Shown: in pieces, positions 26,148 through 35,167 of the stretch
Numbering within the stretch: the first letter of the stretch is position 1
How the letters are laid out: each line of letters starts with the position of its first letter
Notes under the pieces: model-generated
What the model was told of the DNA's origin: nothing
The model's input: the letters and a program-made list of their open reading frames with translations, nothing else
Database searches by the model: none
DNA from: Flavobacteriales bacterium
GTDB lineage: Bacteria > Bacteroidota > Bacteroidia > Flavobacteriales_C > GCA-002722245
Direction: 5' to 3'
Length of the DNA: 40,691 bases
NCBI GenBank assembly: GCA_038154685.1
Contig: JAYPYW010000011.1
Location: 13,908-54,598, forward strand
Translations under genes and position numbers: made by a program

Positions 26148-27326
26148 TTAATTCTCAAACCCTTCATAAACAATCGGAATTAATTCTCGCTGAACTTTAT
26201 TGTTTAGCGGCTGTTTTTGGGTCATGATAATAATAATTGATTCATTTTTTGGAGATATCTTGAAATGTGTTCCGCCAATTCCGCTCCACCCGTAATCACC
26301 TTCTCTTCCATATTTCCCCCACTCTTGGAGGTTTACACTGAAACCTAATCCGAAACCAATGGCAACTTTCCCTCCTCGTTTGTAAACACCTTGCCCTTCT
26401 GGCAGTTGATTTTGAGTCATTTGATCCACTAAAGCAGGCGAAATAATTGTATCAGAATTATAAATTCCCTTGTTTAACATCAATCTGCAAAACTTTAAAT
26501 AATCCGATGTAGTGGAAACTAAACCTCCTCCTCCTTGATGCATTCTATCTTTTGAGAATTCCGACGATTTATAAGATTCTTTTAAACGAAGCCCAACTCC
26601 GTAAATGGAACAAAACCTCTTAATTTTTGACGCGGGTAATTGAAAATGCGTATCCTTCATTCCAAGCGGTTGAAAGATTTTCTCATTCATAAATTCACCT
26701 AAACTTATACCACTTACGCGCTCGATAATAGCTCCTAATACGTCTACAGATAAACTATAATTGTACTCTTCTCCTGGTTCACTTTGTAAAGAAAATCCAG
26801 CTAATCTTTCAATCATTTGATCACTTTTTGCCACAAACAAAGGATGGTTTGTATTGTAAGAAAGATCAACCCTTGAAGCCCCCAATCCCAATCCGTAAGC
26901 AAATCCAGAGGTATGACGGAGTAAATCTTTTACAATCACCTTTCTTTTGGGCGCTTCCTTTTTTGCTCCTTTTAAAACTTTTAAGTCGCTTAATTCTGGT
27001 AAGTATTTATCTATCGGGGCATCCAGACTTAATTTTCCTTCTTCTACTAATATCATCGCTGCCAGACTGGTTATTGGCTTTGTCATGGAGTATATCCTGA
27101 AAATCGACGAAGTATCCATCTTTATTTTCTCTCCTTTGTCCTGGTAACCATAAGCAGTATGCATAGCCATCTTGCCTTTATGTTCAACCAGCATTACAGC
27201 GCCTGCTATTTTATTTTGAGCAACGGCATTCTGGAAATATTGATCGACTTCAGATTCGGCCTTGAAAGATTGAGCAACTGATACGAGAAAACTAAAGGAT
27301 AAGAAGCAGGAAAATAGAAATTTCAT
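26148..27326 (-). CDS. Serine hydrolase, beta-lactamase/class C-related family (probable esterase or peptidase)
   Basis: FRIYSMTK (SxxK), LLRHTSG, PGEEYNYS, FQPLGMKDT, GGGGLVST, YGWSG; signal peptide. Confidence 0.92.
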   Translation of the reverse strand: MKFLFSCFLSFSFLVSVAQSFKAESEVDQYFQNAVAQNKIAGAVMLVEHKGKMAMHTAYGYQDKGEKIKMDTSSIFRIYSMTKPITSLAAMILVEEGKLSLDAPIDKYLPELSDLKVLKGAKKEAPKRKVIVKDLLRHTSGFAYGLGLGASRVDLSYNTNHPLFVAKSDQMIERLAGFSLQSEPGEEYNYSLSVDVLGAIIERVSGISLGEFMNEKIFQPLGMKDTHFQLPASKIKRFCSIYGVGLRLKESYKSSEFSKDRMHQGGGGLVSTTSDYLKFCRLMLNKGIYNSDTIISPALVDQMTQNQLPEGQGVYKRGGKVAIGFGLGFSVNLQEWGKYGREGDYGWSGIGGTHFKISPKNESIIIIMTQKQPLNNKVQRELIPIVYEGFEN

Positions 27327-27644
27327 AAAGCTGTGTTTGAATTTAAAAATAACATTTCAAAATTCAAGCCAAAGAGAGAATATACAATAGGAATGATGTA
27401 TACTCTTTGTCTTTGCACACCATTCGTAGTTTACTGCTACTTCTGGATCTTCTAATGAAATTGGTTCTCCAATTTTTGGAGTCCTTAGGGTTAAAAGAAG
27501 ATTTACGATAGTTATTTTGCGTAAAAAACTGATAAACAACCATATAAACCCATAACATCTAAACTTATATAATGGGTTCAGGGATATCTATTGAAGGTAA
27601 AATTAGAAAAGGAATTACTCTCAAACTGAGATTAGAGTAAGGAT

Positions 27645-28034
27645 TTAATTTAAAAATCTACTGTTTATCCAGCTTTTTAAAGCATCAATTTTTTGACTGT
27701 CCAAAGGTCCAGAAAAAAGTTCATGTTCTGCTAAACATTTCTCAAAATCATCCATCCAAATATTTAGTAAATCAATTAATGTAAGGATGTTATCATTACT
27801 TATTTCTGCCTCGTTAAAAGCTATAGTTATAGCCTTAAAATCACCCGAAAAATTTTCATCTGCATTACAATTACAAACCAAAAACTCTTTTAAGTCTTCA
27901 TAAATAAAACGTAAGTCTTTTAAGCTTGCATTAAAACTTAAAACAGCTGTTTCATCAATTATAGATTTTATCTCATTTAAACTTGCCTTAATTGCTTGTT
28001 TGGCCTCTGTTTGCAACAATTCCTTTGTTTCCAT
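27645..28034 (-). CDS. Hypothetical acidic all-alpha protein (129 aa)
   Basis: Clean ORF with a consensus promoter immediately upstream; no family recognised. Confidence 0.7.
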   Translation of the reverse strand: METKELLQTEAKQAIKASLNEIKSIIDETAVLSFNASLKDLRFIYEDLKEFLVCNCNADENFSGDFKAITIAFNEAEISNDNILTLIDLLNIWMDDFEKCLAEHELFSGPLDSQKIDALKSWINSRFLN

Positions 28035-28038
28035 TCTT

Positions 28039-28086
28039 CAAAGCTATTCATCATTACTTTCAATCGCGATAACATATGTTAATTAA
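28039..28086 (-). promoter_or_regulatory. Promoter (-7 box TAGCTTTG, 28039-28046) with upstream palindromic operator TAACATATGTTA (28070-28081)
   Basis: Exact Bacteroidota TAnnTTTG only 4 nt before the ATG at 28034. The 12-bp perfect palindrome is repeated at 28700-28711. Confidence 0.75.
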
Positions 28087-28110
28087 CACAGATTATATAA
28101 CTTAGAATCC

Positions 28111-28689
28111 ATGGATAATGGTTTTAAAGAGGCGTTTAATCGATTTAAGTTTTTGAAACTTACAGATCTTGTTGCTTTATTTAAAATCGCTACCCTTAAG
28201 TCTTACAAAAAAGGGGAAATAATAGCGGAACCCGGGAAGGTTTTTGAATATGCTTTTTTAATTAGAAAAGGTTTAATCCGAACTTATGTGATAACTCCTG
28301 AAGGTGAAGAAAAAACAATCAGATTAGCCTTAGAAAAAGATTTCACTTCTTGTGGACAATCAATGCTATTTGGTAAAGCTTCAACTGAATATTTGGAAGC
28401 GATGGAAGATTGCAAAGTTATTGCCATTAATATTCAGAAGCTCAACAAGCTTTGTGAAGATAACATCCGTATATTGAGGCTGCACCATGAGGGTATCAAA
28501 GAAGCATTTGGGGATGCTATTGAAAGAGTTGAATTTTTCACTATCCTTACTCCTGAGCAGCGTTACCAAAGAATAATGGATGAGTCGCCCGAGCTAATTC
28601 AACGCGTTCCTCAAAAGTTCTTAGCTTCTTATCTTGGGGTTACTACGGTTTCTCTTTCTAGAATCAGAACGAGATTAATTACCGGATAA
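28111..28689 (+). CDS. Crp/Fnr family transcriptional regulator (Bacteroidota cNMP-binding type)
   Basis: cNMP-binding fold (KKGE....G......I.KGLIR.Y....G.E) and C-terminal PEQRY...PELIQRVPQKFLASYLGVT..SLSRIR helix-turn-helix. Confidence 0.93.
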   Translation: MDNGFKEAFNRFKFLKLTDLVALFKIATLKSYKKGEIIAEPGKVFEYAFLIRKGLIRTYVITPEGEEKTIRLALEKDFTSCGQSMLFGKASTEYLEAMEDCKVIAINIQKLNKLCEDNIRILRLHHEGIKEAFGDAIERVEFFTILTPEQRYQRIMDESPELIQRVPQKFLASYLGVTTVSLSRIRTRLITG

Positions 28690-28694
28690 TTTCA

Positions 28695-28742
28695 TTAATT
28701 AACATATGTTATTTCGTGTGGTTTTTCATTGCCATAAACTTG
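28695..28742 (+). promoter_or_regulatory. Second operator TAACATATGTTA (28700-28711) with -7-like box TAAACTTG (28735-28742)
   Basis: 28695-28712 is the exact reverse complement of 28069-28086, and the operator-to--7 spacing is the same as in the left copy. Confidence 0.7.
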
Positions 28743-28761
28743 TATCATCAAACAAATCGCA

Positions 28762-28902
28762 ATGGAAACTATTACAACAAACATTAACCAATTAGCAAAA
28801 TCTGAAAAAGGAATTAAAGCAGAAAACCTTAAAGTGGTTTTGTTCATGGCATTTATCCCTTCTATCTACTTAATTGGTAAAATTGTTTCACAATTATTTT
28901 AA
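28762..28902 (+). CDS. Small single-pass membrane protein (46 aa)
   Basis: METITTNINQLAKSEKGIKAENLKVVLFMAFIPSIYLIGKIVSQLF*; starts 19 nt after the putative -7 box and ends 9 nt before the rhodanese ATG. Confidence 0.65.
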   Translation: METITTNINQLAKSEKGIKAENLKVVLFMAFIPSIYLIGKIVSQLF

Positions 28903-28911
28903 TCTTCTGGT

Positions 28912-29412
28912 ATGAAAACGGTTATAATCGACGTAAGAACACAAAAGGAATTTAAGGACGGAAGCTACCCAGGAGCTCTTAATATGCCATCGGGAGATTT
29001 TAACCCTAACTCATTTCTTCCGTACAAAGAAAACCACATTGCTTTGGTTTGTTTCAGCGGAAATAGAGCTGGTAAAATTCAATCTAAACTATTCGAAGTG
29101 GGTTTTACAAATGTTTCTGTCATGGAGCATCAAATGGCAAACATTCTTGAAGGACCCAAAAAGAAAGAAAGCATTTGGACTGTTGATCGTCAGTTTAGGT
29201 TAGTTTTAAGTATACTTATAGGAATTTCCCTCATTGGAACTTACCTTCTTTCATCACCAGCTTACTTAAGTATTTTATTCATCATAGTTGCAGGACTTCT
29301 TTACTCCGCAATTACCGATAATTGTTACTTAAAAGCTTTAATTGGAGCCATGCCTTGGAATAAAGAAACTTCAGAAAAGAGCACTGAGCAAGAATTTATA
29401 TTTACTGCCTAA
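28912..29412 (+). CDS. Rhodanese-domain protein fused to DUF2892 membrane domain (YgaP-like)
   Basis: IIDVRT..EF....PGALN.P, active-site loop CFSGNRA, then VDRQFRL, two TM helices and AITDNCYL..LIGAMPWN. Confidence 0.9.
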   Translation: MKTVIIDVRTQKEFKDGSYPGALNMPSGDFNPNSFLPYKENHIALVCFSGNRAGKIQSKLFEVGFTNVSVMEHQMANILEGPKKKESIWTVDRQFRLVLSILIGISLIGTYLLSSPAYLSILFIIVAGLLYSAITDNCYLKALIGAMPWNKETSEKSTEQEFIFTA

Positions 29413-31244
29413 AACTTCAAAATTTTCACCACTTTATTATTGGAGAAACGAGCATAATAAATTCCATTTGACCAATTGGACAGGTCTAATTTTGAGGAAT
29501 TATTTGCGTTTTCAAAAACGGTTTGGCCACTTACATTGGTAATATATTTTAGGTTCTTTGGGAAAGAAATAATGGAAGAACTAGGGTTTGGATACACCGA
29601 AAATTGACTATCTAATTCATTGACTGAGCTGATAATTGGAGTTACTGCCAATTCATTTAAATAAGTACTTTGGAAACCTAATAATTCAATCTTTTTTAGT
29701 GCTCCGTCGTAAGGTTTATCGGAATAAAAATATGGATCACTACTAAGAACCGATTCTGATTCCGTTTGAATTAAAAACACTGGATGCCCTCCGGTAAAAG
29801 CTTTTGTATTTAAAGAAATCGCAGCATCTTCTGAGGTAGTTTCAAACGCAATTACCTCCTCCGAAGAAGTTGTAAACTGGTAATGTACTTCATTCGCTTC
29901 TACCTCATCAATAGTGATTTTTTCAATGAAGGAATTTTCCACTAAAGAACGAGTTTCTATTTGATTTACCAACCCATTAACACTTTCCTCAACCACAATA
30001 AAGTATCTTCCTTTGATGCTTTCGTTCCCAATAATTCCCCATGGCTTTAAACCAGTAACAGGATCTGCTGCTCCACCAATGGCTCTTCGGGTAAAAATAG
30101 TGACATCTCTTGAGGCATTACTCATTGCTGTTCCGTATCGAATATCACCATATCCATTCCTTGGATTCTCAGTTGATTTTGCTGTAACAAAACCTAAGGT
30201 TGGACCATTTCCAGAGAGTGTATTGGAAACAGCAAACCAACCGCTACCCGCAGCACTATTTCCGCTTACCCTTGTTAGGGTTCCTGTTTTAAATTCTGGC
30301 AAATAACTACTTTCATCTCCTGCAACGGGGTGACCTACTTTTGTGTTTAACAATTCATAAGATGAATTATTATCATGATTATTAGACATGAACACATAAG
30401 GCAAACTTGAATTTCGAATTCCAATAAAAGGAACATTCCAATAATCAATCCCCCTGTTAGTATTAAAGTTTGTAATCATAAAATCCACTTGGATTACACC
30501 ATTACCTATGTTTTTATAACGCTGATAATAAAGTACTAAAGCTTTAAAAGGATCTGAAAAACAAGTAGTACAATCCGCATAAGGATCATAAACATAGGAT
30601 GGGTTTTCACTTTGTCCCCATGAAACGGTAGTGACCGATTCGTTAGAAACATCCACATATTCCTGTACAATAGGAGAACTAAAAGGCCCCTTGGTAAGGT
30701 CAGAATTTCTGTGTGAAAAATTATTCATGTAGGAACCTCCCTGATGAATATTTCTTGTTTTTACCTTTCCACTCAATAAATCACGTTGGTCCGAACCTAC
30801 AAACTGCCAAACCTCATCATTCCAAGGCGCCCAATTTCCGTGGTGACTTTTTATTGGGTCCGATAACCCTGGATCAGTTGTGTTGGATCCTGTGCTATCA
30901 AAGCTTGGTCGCCATTGCGGAGGAATTGCTTCTCCAAAACCTGTCCCTTTAAAAGAATAAACCTGTCCCCCTTTTCCAAATCTTAATTCATAGGATTGAT
31001 TTGGTTGATCTGTATCTTCATATTTCAAAAGGGAATTAAAAATCAACTCCTCACTCCAATCTATTTCCCAAGATGATCCGGAATTTGTATAATCCTCAGA
31101 AAAAGAAAAATCACCCTCGCTTTGAATTATGGAATCAACTTCAGTAGAGATAAAGTCGCATATTTTCTCATTAAATGTTTGAGCATTTAAAAAACATAAA
31201 GGCAAAAAAAGAAGGGTAAAAAACGAGTATTTCTTGTTATTCAT
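29409..31244 (-). CDS. T9SS type A cargo protein of unknown function
   Basis: Signal peptide; beta-rich body; C-terminal VYPNPS...NGIYYARF...VKILKF. Confidence 0.85.
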   Translation of the reverse strand: MNNKKYSFFTLLFLPLCFLNAQTFNEKICDFISTEVDSIIQSEGDFSFSEDYTNSGSSWEIDWSEELIFNSLLKYEDTDQPNQSYELRFGKGGQVYSFKGTGFGEAIPPQWRPSFDSTGSNTTDPGLSDPIKSHHGNWAPWNDEVWQFVGSDQRDLLSGKVKTRNIHQGGSYMNNFSHRNSDLTKGPFSSPIVQEYVDVSNESVTTVSWGQSENPSYVYDPYADCTTCFSDPFKALVLYYQRYKNIGNGVIQVDFMITNFNTNRGIDYWNVPFIGIRNSSLPYVFMSNNHDNNSSYELLNTKVGHPVAGDESSYLPEFKTGTLTRVSGNSAAGSGWFAVSNTLSGNGPTLGFVTAKSTENPRNGYGDIRYGTAMSNASRDVTIFTRRAIGGAADPVTGLKPWGIIGNESIKGRYFIVVEESVNGLVNQIETRSLVENSFIEKITIDEVEANEVHYQFTTSSEEVIAFETTSEDAAISLNTKAFTGGHPVFLIQTESESVLSSDPYFYSDKPYDGALKKIELLGFQSTYLNELAVTPIISSVNELDSQFSVYPNPSSSIISFPKNLKYITNVSGQTVFENANNSSKLDLSNWSNGIYYARFSNNKVVKILKF

Positions 31245-31341
31245 CCCCTTAAAAATACGCTAATCAAAATAATATTTCAAACAGGGGTTACTTTTTAAAA
31301 GTCGTATTGTAGTATGATTGTAACAGTTAAACACCCCCACC

Positions 31342-31434
31342 ATGAGAACTTTAAATATTACTTCAGCTTTATTCTTCTTTTCAACTACTTTAATGGTTAC
31401 TGGTTTAACTATGATTATGGTTGGATTGATATAA
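31342..31434 (+). CDS. Putative 30-aa hydrophobic peptide
   Basis: MRTLNITSALFFFSTTLMVTGLTMIMVGLI*; one continuous hydrophobic helix filling an otherwise empty intergenic region. Confidence 0.4.
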   Translation: MRTLNITSALFFFSTTLMVTGLTMIMVGLI

Positions 31435-31489
31435 AAATCGAACCTATTTTCAATTTTACTTATCTACCTATCAATTAAATCTTTCAAAC

Positions 31490-31540
31490 GCAACCATGTT
31501 GCATTAATGAAAAAAGCGCTATATTTGCAACCCCGTTGCA
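31490..31540 (+). promoter_or_regulatory. Promoter with tandem Zur/Fur-type palindromes
   Basis: GCAAC-cat-GTTGC (31490-31502) covers the -33 TTG. TGCAAC-ccc-GTTGCA (31526-31540) overlaps the exact -7 box TATATTTG (31520-31527) and the likely start site. A Fur-family gene closes the operon. Confidence 0.85.
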
Positions 31541-31565
31541 TTTAAATCACAATGGGAAATAAGTT

Positions 31566-33995
31566 GTGCGCAAACTAGGAATATTAATATTATTGTTGTT
31601 TTCGCTTGTTCAATTAGGACAAGCACAAAACGATTCATGTAACTTCTCGGTTACCGGTAAAATCCTAGATGTAGAAACCAAAGAGCCTATTCCTTATGTT
31701 TCTGTAGGAATCCAAGGAACAAATAAAGGAACTGTTGCCGATGAAAACGGTAAGTTTTTAATAGATGGTTTATGCTCTAATTCTAATACACTCATAATTT
31801 CTTGTTTTGGTTACTGTGATTCCATTTGTGAGCATAACCACCAACATGGAAAGGTTCCGCATATTTATTTAAAACAGGACGTGATTGAGGTTGATGAAGT
31901 AACCATTAACGCGCAAGTAAATAAGGAAGAGGGAACTGCTTCCATGTCTCAAAAAACAATTAATAAAGAGGAATTAAAATCAAATCCTACTCAAACTTTA
32001 GCCAACGCAGTTGCTGATCAGGCTGGTGTTGAAATGATTTCAACTGGATCAAACATTCAAATCCCTGTTATCCATGGACTATACGGGAATAGAATATTAA
32101 TTTTAAATAATGGCTTAAAACACGGTTTTCAAAACTGGGGACAGAGTCATGCGCCTGAAATTGACGTTGCATCTGCCAATAATATTACGGTTATAAAAGG
32201 AGCTTCAGGCGTCAGATTTGGTCCGGAAGCTTTAGGAGGTGCAATCATCATCGATCCTAATCCATTATACCTAAAAGAACCATTTTACCTAAATGCTTCC
32301 ACAGGTTACCAAACTAACGGAAGAGGTTATAATGCTGGATTTGAAACTGGGAAAGGAGGGAAAAATTGGAGTTATTTTTTGAATGGAAATTACACCAGAA
32401 TTGGTGATCGCCACACCCCAAATTATAGCTTAACTAATACTGGCAAAGAAGAATTTTCTACAGGTGCTGGAGCTAGGTATCACACAGAAAAGTTTGACGC
32501 GAAAGTTTATTACAGTTTAGTGGATCAAAACCTGGCTGTTTTAAGGGCTTCTTTTGCACACAGTGGAGATGCAATTGCCAATGCTTTTGAAGCAGAACAA
32601 CCAGATGAGGAATACACGCTCCCGTTTTCATACGACATTAATGAGCCTAATCATGAAACGCAACATCATTTGGGAAAAGCTGAATTAAAGTGGCGTTACT
32701 CTGATCATGGAAATATAACTTATAGGTTTGGTAGACAGTTGAATACCCGAAAAGAATACGATGTTAGAAGAAACTCTGAATTGCCAATTATCGACTTAAG
32801 TTTAACAACAACAGATCAGCAATTTGAATGGAAGCACCCTGATTGGTTTAAACTGGATGGGTTAATTGGTGTTCAATATTTTTACCAGGATAACGATAAC
32901 ATTCCTGGAACAAACACTACCCCGTTTATCCCTAACTATAACACCTATCGATACAGCGCTTTCATAATAGAAAGTAAAAGAGTTGGAGATGATATGTTTG
33001 AAGCAGGAATTAGAATTGACAATGAAACGAACAACGTTAGAGGTAGAGAAACTAACCAAGATATATTTAGAGATGAGTTCTCTTTTACTAACCTTACCGC
33101 TTCTTTAGGTTATGTAAGAAACTTCTCTAAATCGGGATCTTTTAGAACAAACATTGGATCGGCCTGGAGAACTCCAAACATGGCAGAATTATACAGTTTT
33201 GGTCAACACGGTTATAAAACGTCTTTTGGTTTATTGAGGTATTATTATAACGATGAAAGAGACCTTAAAACTAATCAGGTGCTTACCTTAAATGAGGCTG
33301 AAATTCAACCGGAAAAAGGGTACAAATTCACCAACGAACTCCAGTTAGAAACCAAAAAGGTTGCGCACACCATAACTGCTTATTCTCACTACATCGAGAA
33401 CTTTATTTTCCAGCGTCCATTTAAAGTGATTGGAACTTTTAGAGGACCTCAACCAGTTTTTATTTTCGATCAAACAGATGCGTTTTTTGTAGGTGGTGAT
33501 TATACCATGGAAAGTGTTTTTACCAAATACATCAAAGGGACTTTTGGCGTTAATTATTTATGGTCGAGAGACGTTTCAAAAAATCAAGCTTTAATTAATC
33601 AACCCCCTATTACAGCCAACTACAAACTAGCATGGAAACAAAAGAAATTTAGGATGTTTAAATCGTCTAAAGTGATTTTAAAACCCATGTACCGATTCAA
33701 ACAATTCCAGGCTCCAAGAACCGCTACTCCGCGACAGTTAATTGATGGAGAAATAGCAATTGATGAAAACTCAGAAATCTTCGATTTTAAAGAAGCACCT
33801 GAGGGGTATTTCCGATTTGATTTAGCGTGGCAGTTCGAAATCAAGCAATTCACTGGAAGTATCGCTGTAAACAATTTATTTAACACAACTTATAGAGATT
33901 ACCTTAATGAAATGAGGTATTTCGCAGATGCTCCAGGAAGGAACATCCTATTTAATCTGGCTTATCAATTTAAGTACAATAATAAACCTGAATAA
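31566..33995 (+). CDS. TonB-dependent receptor, probably for zinc or another divalent metal
   Basis: Carboxypeptidase-regulatory-like N-terminal domain; plug with PVIHGL.GNRILILNNG...HAPEID...VIKGA....G..ALGG; R.PN..ELYS.G.H; NNLFN..YRDYL...APGRN. Confidence 0.93.
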   Translation: MRKLGILILLLFSLVQLGQAQNDSCNFSVTGKILDVETKEPIPYVSVGIQGTNKGTVADENGKFLIDGLCSNSNTLIISCFGYCDSICEHNHQHGKVPHIYLKQDVIEVDEVTINAQVNKEEGTASMSQKTINKEELKSNPTQTLANAVADQAGVEMISTGSNIQIPVIHGLYGNRILILNNGLKHGFQNWGQSHAPEIDVASANNITVIKGASGVRFGPEALGGAIIIDPNPLYLKEPFYLNASTGYQTNGRGYNAGFETGKGGKNWSYFLNGNYTRIGDRHTPNYSLTNTGKEEFSTGAGARYHTEKFDAKVYYSLVDQNLAVLRASFAHSGDAIANAFEAEQPDEEYTLPFSYDINEPNHETQHHLGKAELKWRYSDHGNITYRFGRQLNTRKEYDVRRNSELPIIDLSLTTTDQQFEWKHPDWFKLDGLIGVQYFYQDNDNIPGTNTTPFIPNYNTYRYSAFIIESKRVGDDMFEAGIRIDNETNNVRGRETNQDIFRDEFSFTNLTASLGYVRNFSKSGSFRTNIGSAWRTPNMAELYSFGQHGYKTSFGLLRYYYNDERDLKTNQVLTLNEAEIQPEKGYKFTNELQLETKKVAHTITAYSHYIENFIFQRPFKVIGTFRGPQPVFIFDQTDAFFVGGDYTMESVFTKYIKGTFGVNYLWSRDVSKNQALINQPPITANYKLAWKQKKFRMFKSSKVILKPMYRFKQFQAPRTATPRQLIDGEIAIDENSEIFDFKEAPEGYFRFDLAWQFEIKQFTGSIAVNNLFNTTYRDYLNEMRYFADAPGRNILFNLAYQFKYNNKPE

Positions 33996-34017
33996 TAACT
34001 TTTAAATTTTAACTAAG

Positions 34018-34695
34018 ATGAAAATGATCAATTATTTTAAGAGGTATAGCATTATTCCCGTGCTGGCAGCGGCAGTTTTAGTAACTGGATGTAAAAAGGA
34101 AGAAGAAAAAGAAGAAGTGCCAGAAGAAGAGCATGAGCATGAAGGTATTACGCATGTACACTTAAAATTCACTAACGTTGCTGATGCAACTGATACAGTT
34201 GAGGTAGAAGCAGTAGATCCTGATGGAGAAGGTGTAGCTGAGTTGGAGGTTTTAGATACAATTAACTTGGATCAAGGAAAAACTTACACACTGACTTTAG
34301 AGATTTTAAATGAAGAAGAGCACGAGGAAGAAGGTGAAGAGGAGCATGAAGAAGAGCATGGTGTAGACATAGGAGCTGAAATTTTAGAAGAAGCTGATGA
34401 GCACCAATTATTCTTTGCTTTCTCTGATGGAGCTTTCTCTGACCCATCAGGTGATGGTAACATCGACAATGCTTCAGATGCAATTAACTATGAAGACGAA
34501 GATGTAAACGGAAACCCACTTGGTTTAACAACTACTTGGACTGCTGGTTCTGAATTAGTTGAAGGTTCATTTAGAGTTAAATTGATGCACCAACCAGACA
34601 TAAAAACTGCTTCAACTGGTGCTGATGATGGTGATGCTGATTTTGATTTAACATTTGTATTAAATGTTAACCCAATTATTTTAGCTAAAAAATAA
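34018..34695 (+). CDS. His/Glu-rich lipoprotein, partner of the TonB receptor
   Basis: Lipobox LVTGC followed by KKEEEKEE; EEEHEHE and EEEHEEEGEEEHEEEH tracts; EADEHQLFF, D.NG.PLGL and L.HQP.K motifs. Confidence 0.88.
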   Translation: MKMINYFKRYSIIPVLAAAVLVTGCKKEEEKEEVPEEEHEHEGITHVHLKFTNVADATDTVEVEAVDPDGEGVAELEVLDTINLDQGKTYTLTLEILNEEEHEEEGEEEHEEEHGVDIGAEILEEADEHQLFFAFSDGAFSDPSGDGNIDNASDAINYEDEDVNGNPLGLTTTWTAGSELVEGSFRVKLMHQPDIKTASTGADDGDADFDLTFVLNVNPIILAKK

Positions 34696-34711
34696 ATATT
34701 AAATTACCTAT

Positions 34712-34734
34712 GCCCCCTTTATTGGGGGCTTTTT
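34712..34734 (+). terminator. Intrinsic terminator between the lipoprotein and Fur-family genes
   Basis: GCCCCC-tttatt-GGGGGC followed by T5. Confidence 0.75.
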
Positions 34735-34744
34735 CCAACTTATT

Positions 34745-35161
34745 ATGAGAGGAACTAAGGAAATATTAAAGACGCACGGATTAAAAGTCACTCAAAATAG
34801 AGTTGATATTCTGGAAATTTTTCAGTCTAGTAATTATGCTTTGTCTTATAATGATTTAGATGCTCAATTAAAAAGTAAACTTGATAAAGTAACCGTATAC
34901 CGAACGTTAAAATCTTTTGAGAAAACTGGGATTCTTCACGAGGTTTTAGATGGCGGATCACAAGTAAAATATGCCCTTGAATGTAAAAACGGCTGTAATC
35001 ATGAGGAAAACCATGATGCACATGCACATTTCAAATGTGATTCTTGTGAAAAAACGTTTTGCCTAGAAACCGTAACAATTCCAAACCTTAAAGTGCCGAA
35101 AGGATTTCAAGTTGAAAAAAGACATGTTAGCTTTCAGGGGCTTTGCGAAAGCTGCAGATAA
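34745..35161 (+). CDS. Fur-family transcriptional repressor, probably Zur
   Basis: GLKVT..R..IL, VTVYRTL..F...G, H.HAHFKCDSC and C-terminal GLCESC zinc sites; located in a metal-uptake operon. Confidence 0.9.
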   Translation: MRGTKEILKTHGLKVTQNRVDILEIFQSSNYALSYNDLDAQLKSKLDKVTVYRTLKSFEKTGILHEVLDGGSQVKYALECKNGCNHEENHDAHAHFKCDSCEKTFCLETVTIPNLKVPKGFQVEKRHVSFQGLCESCR

Positions 35162-35167
35162 AACTTT

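Noticed and set aside
26148-27326. Beta-lactamase resistance gene
   Set aside because: YSL replaces YxN and WSG replaces KTG, as in family VIII esterases and other serine hydrolases; resistance cannot be claimed.
27357-27558. Two overlapping short minus-strand ORFs (60 and 64 aa)
   Set aside because: No convincing start context or family; at most a decayed gene fragment.
27645-28034. Possible hemerythrin-like identity of the 129-aa protein
   Set aside because: Size and helicity fit, but it has only one His, so the di-iron ligand set is absent.
31552-31578. 8-codon out-of-frame ORF overlapping the GTG start of the TonB receptor
   Set aside because: Too short to tell from chance, and the operator boxes already explain regulation.
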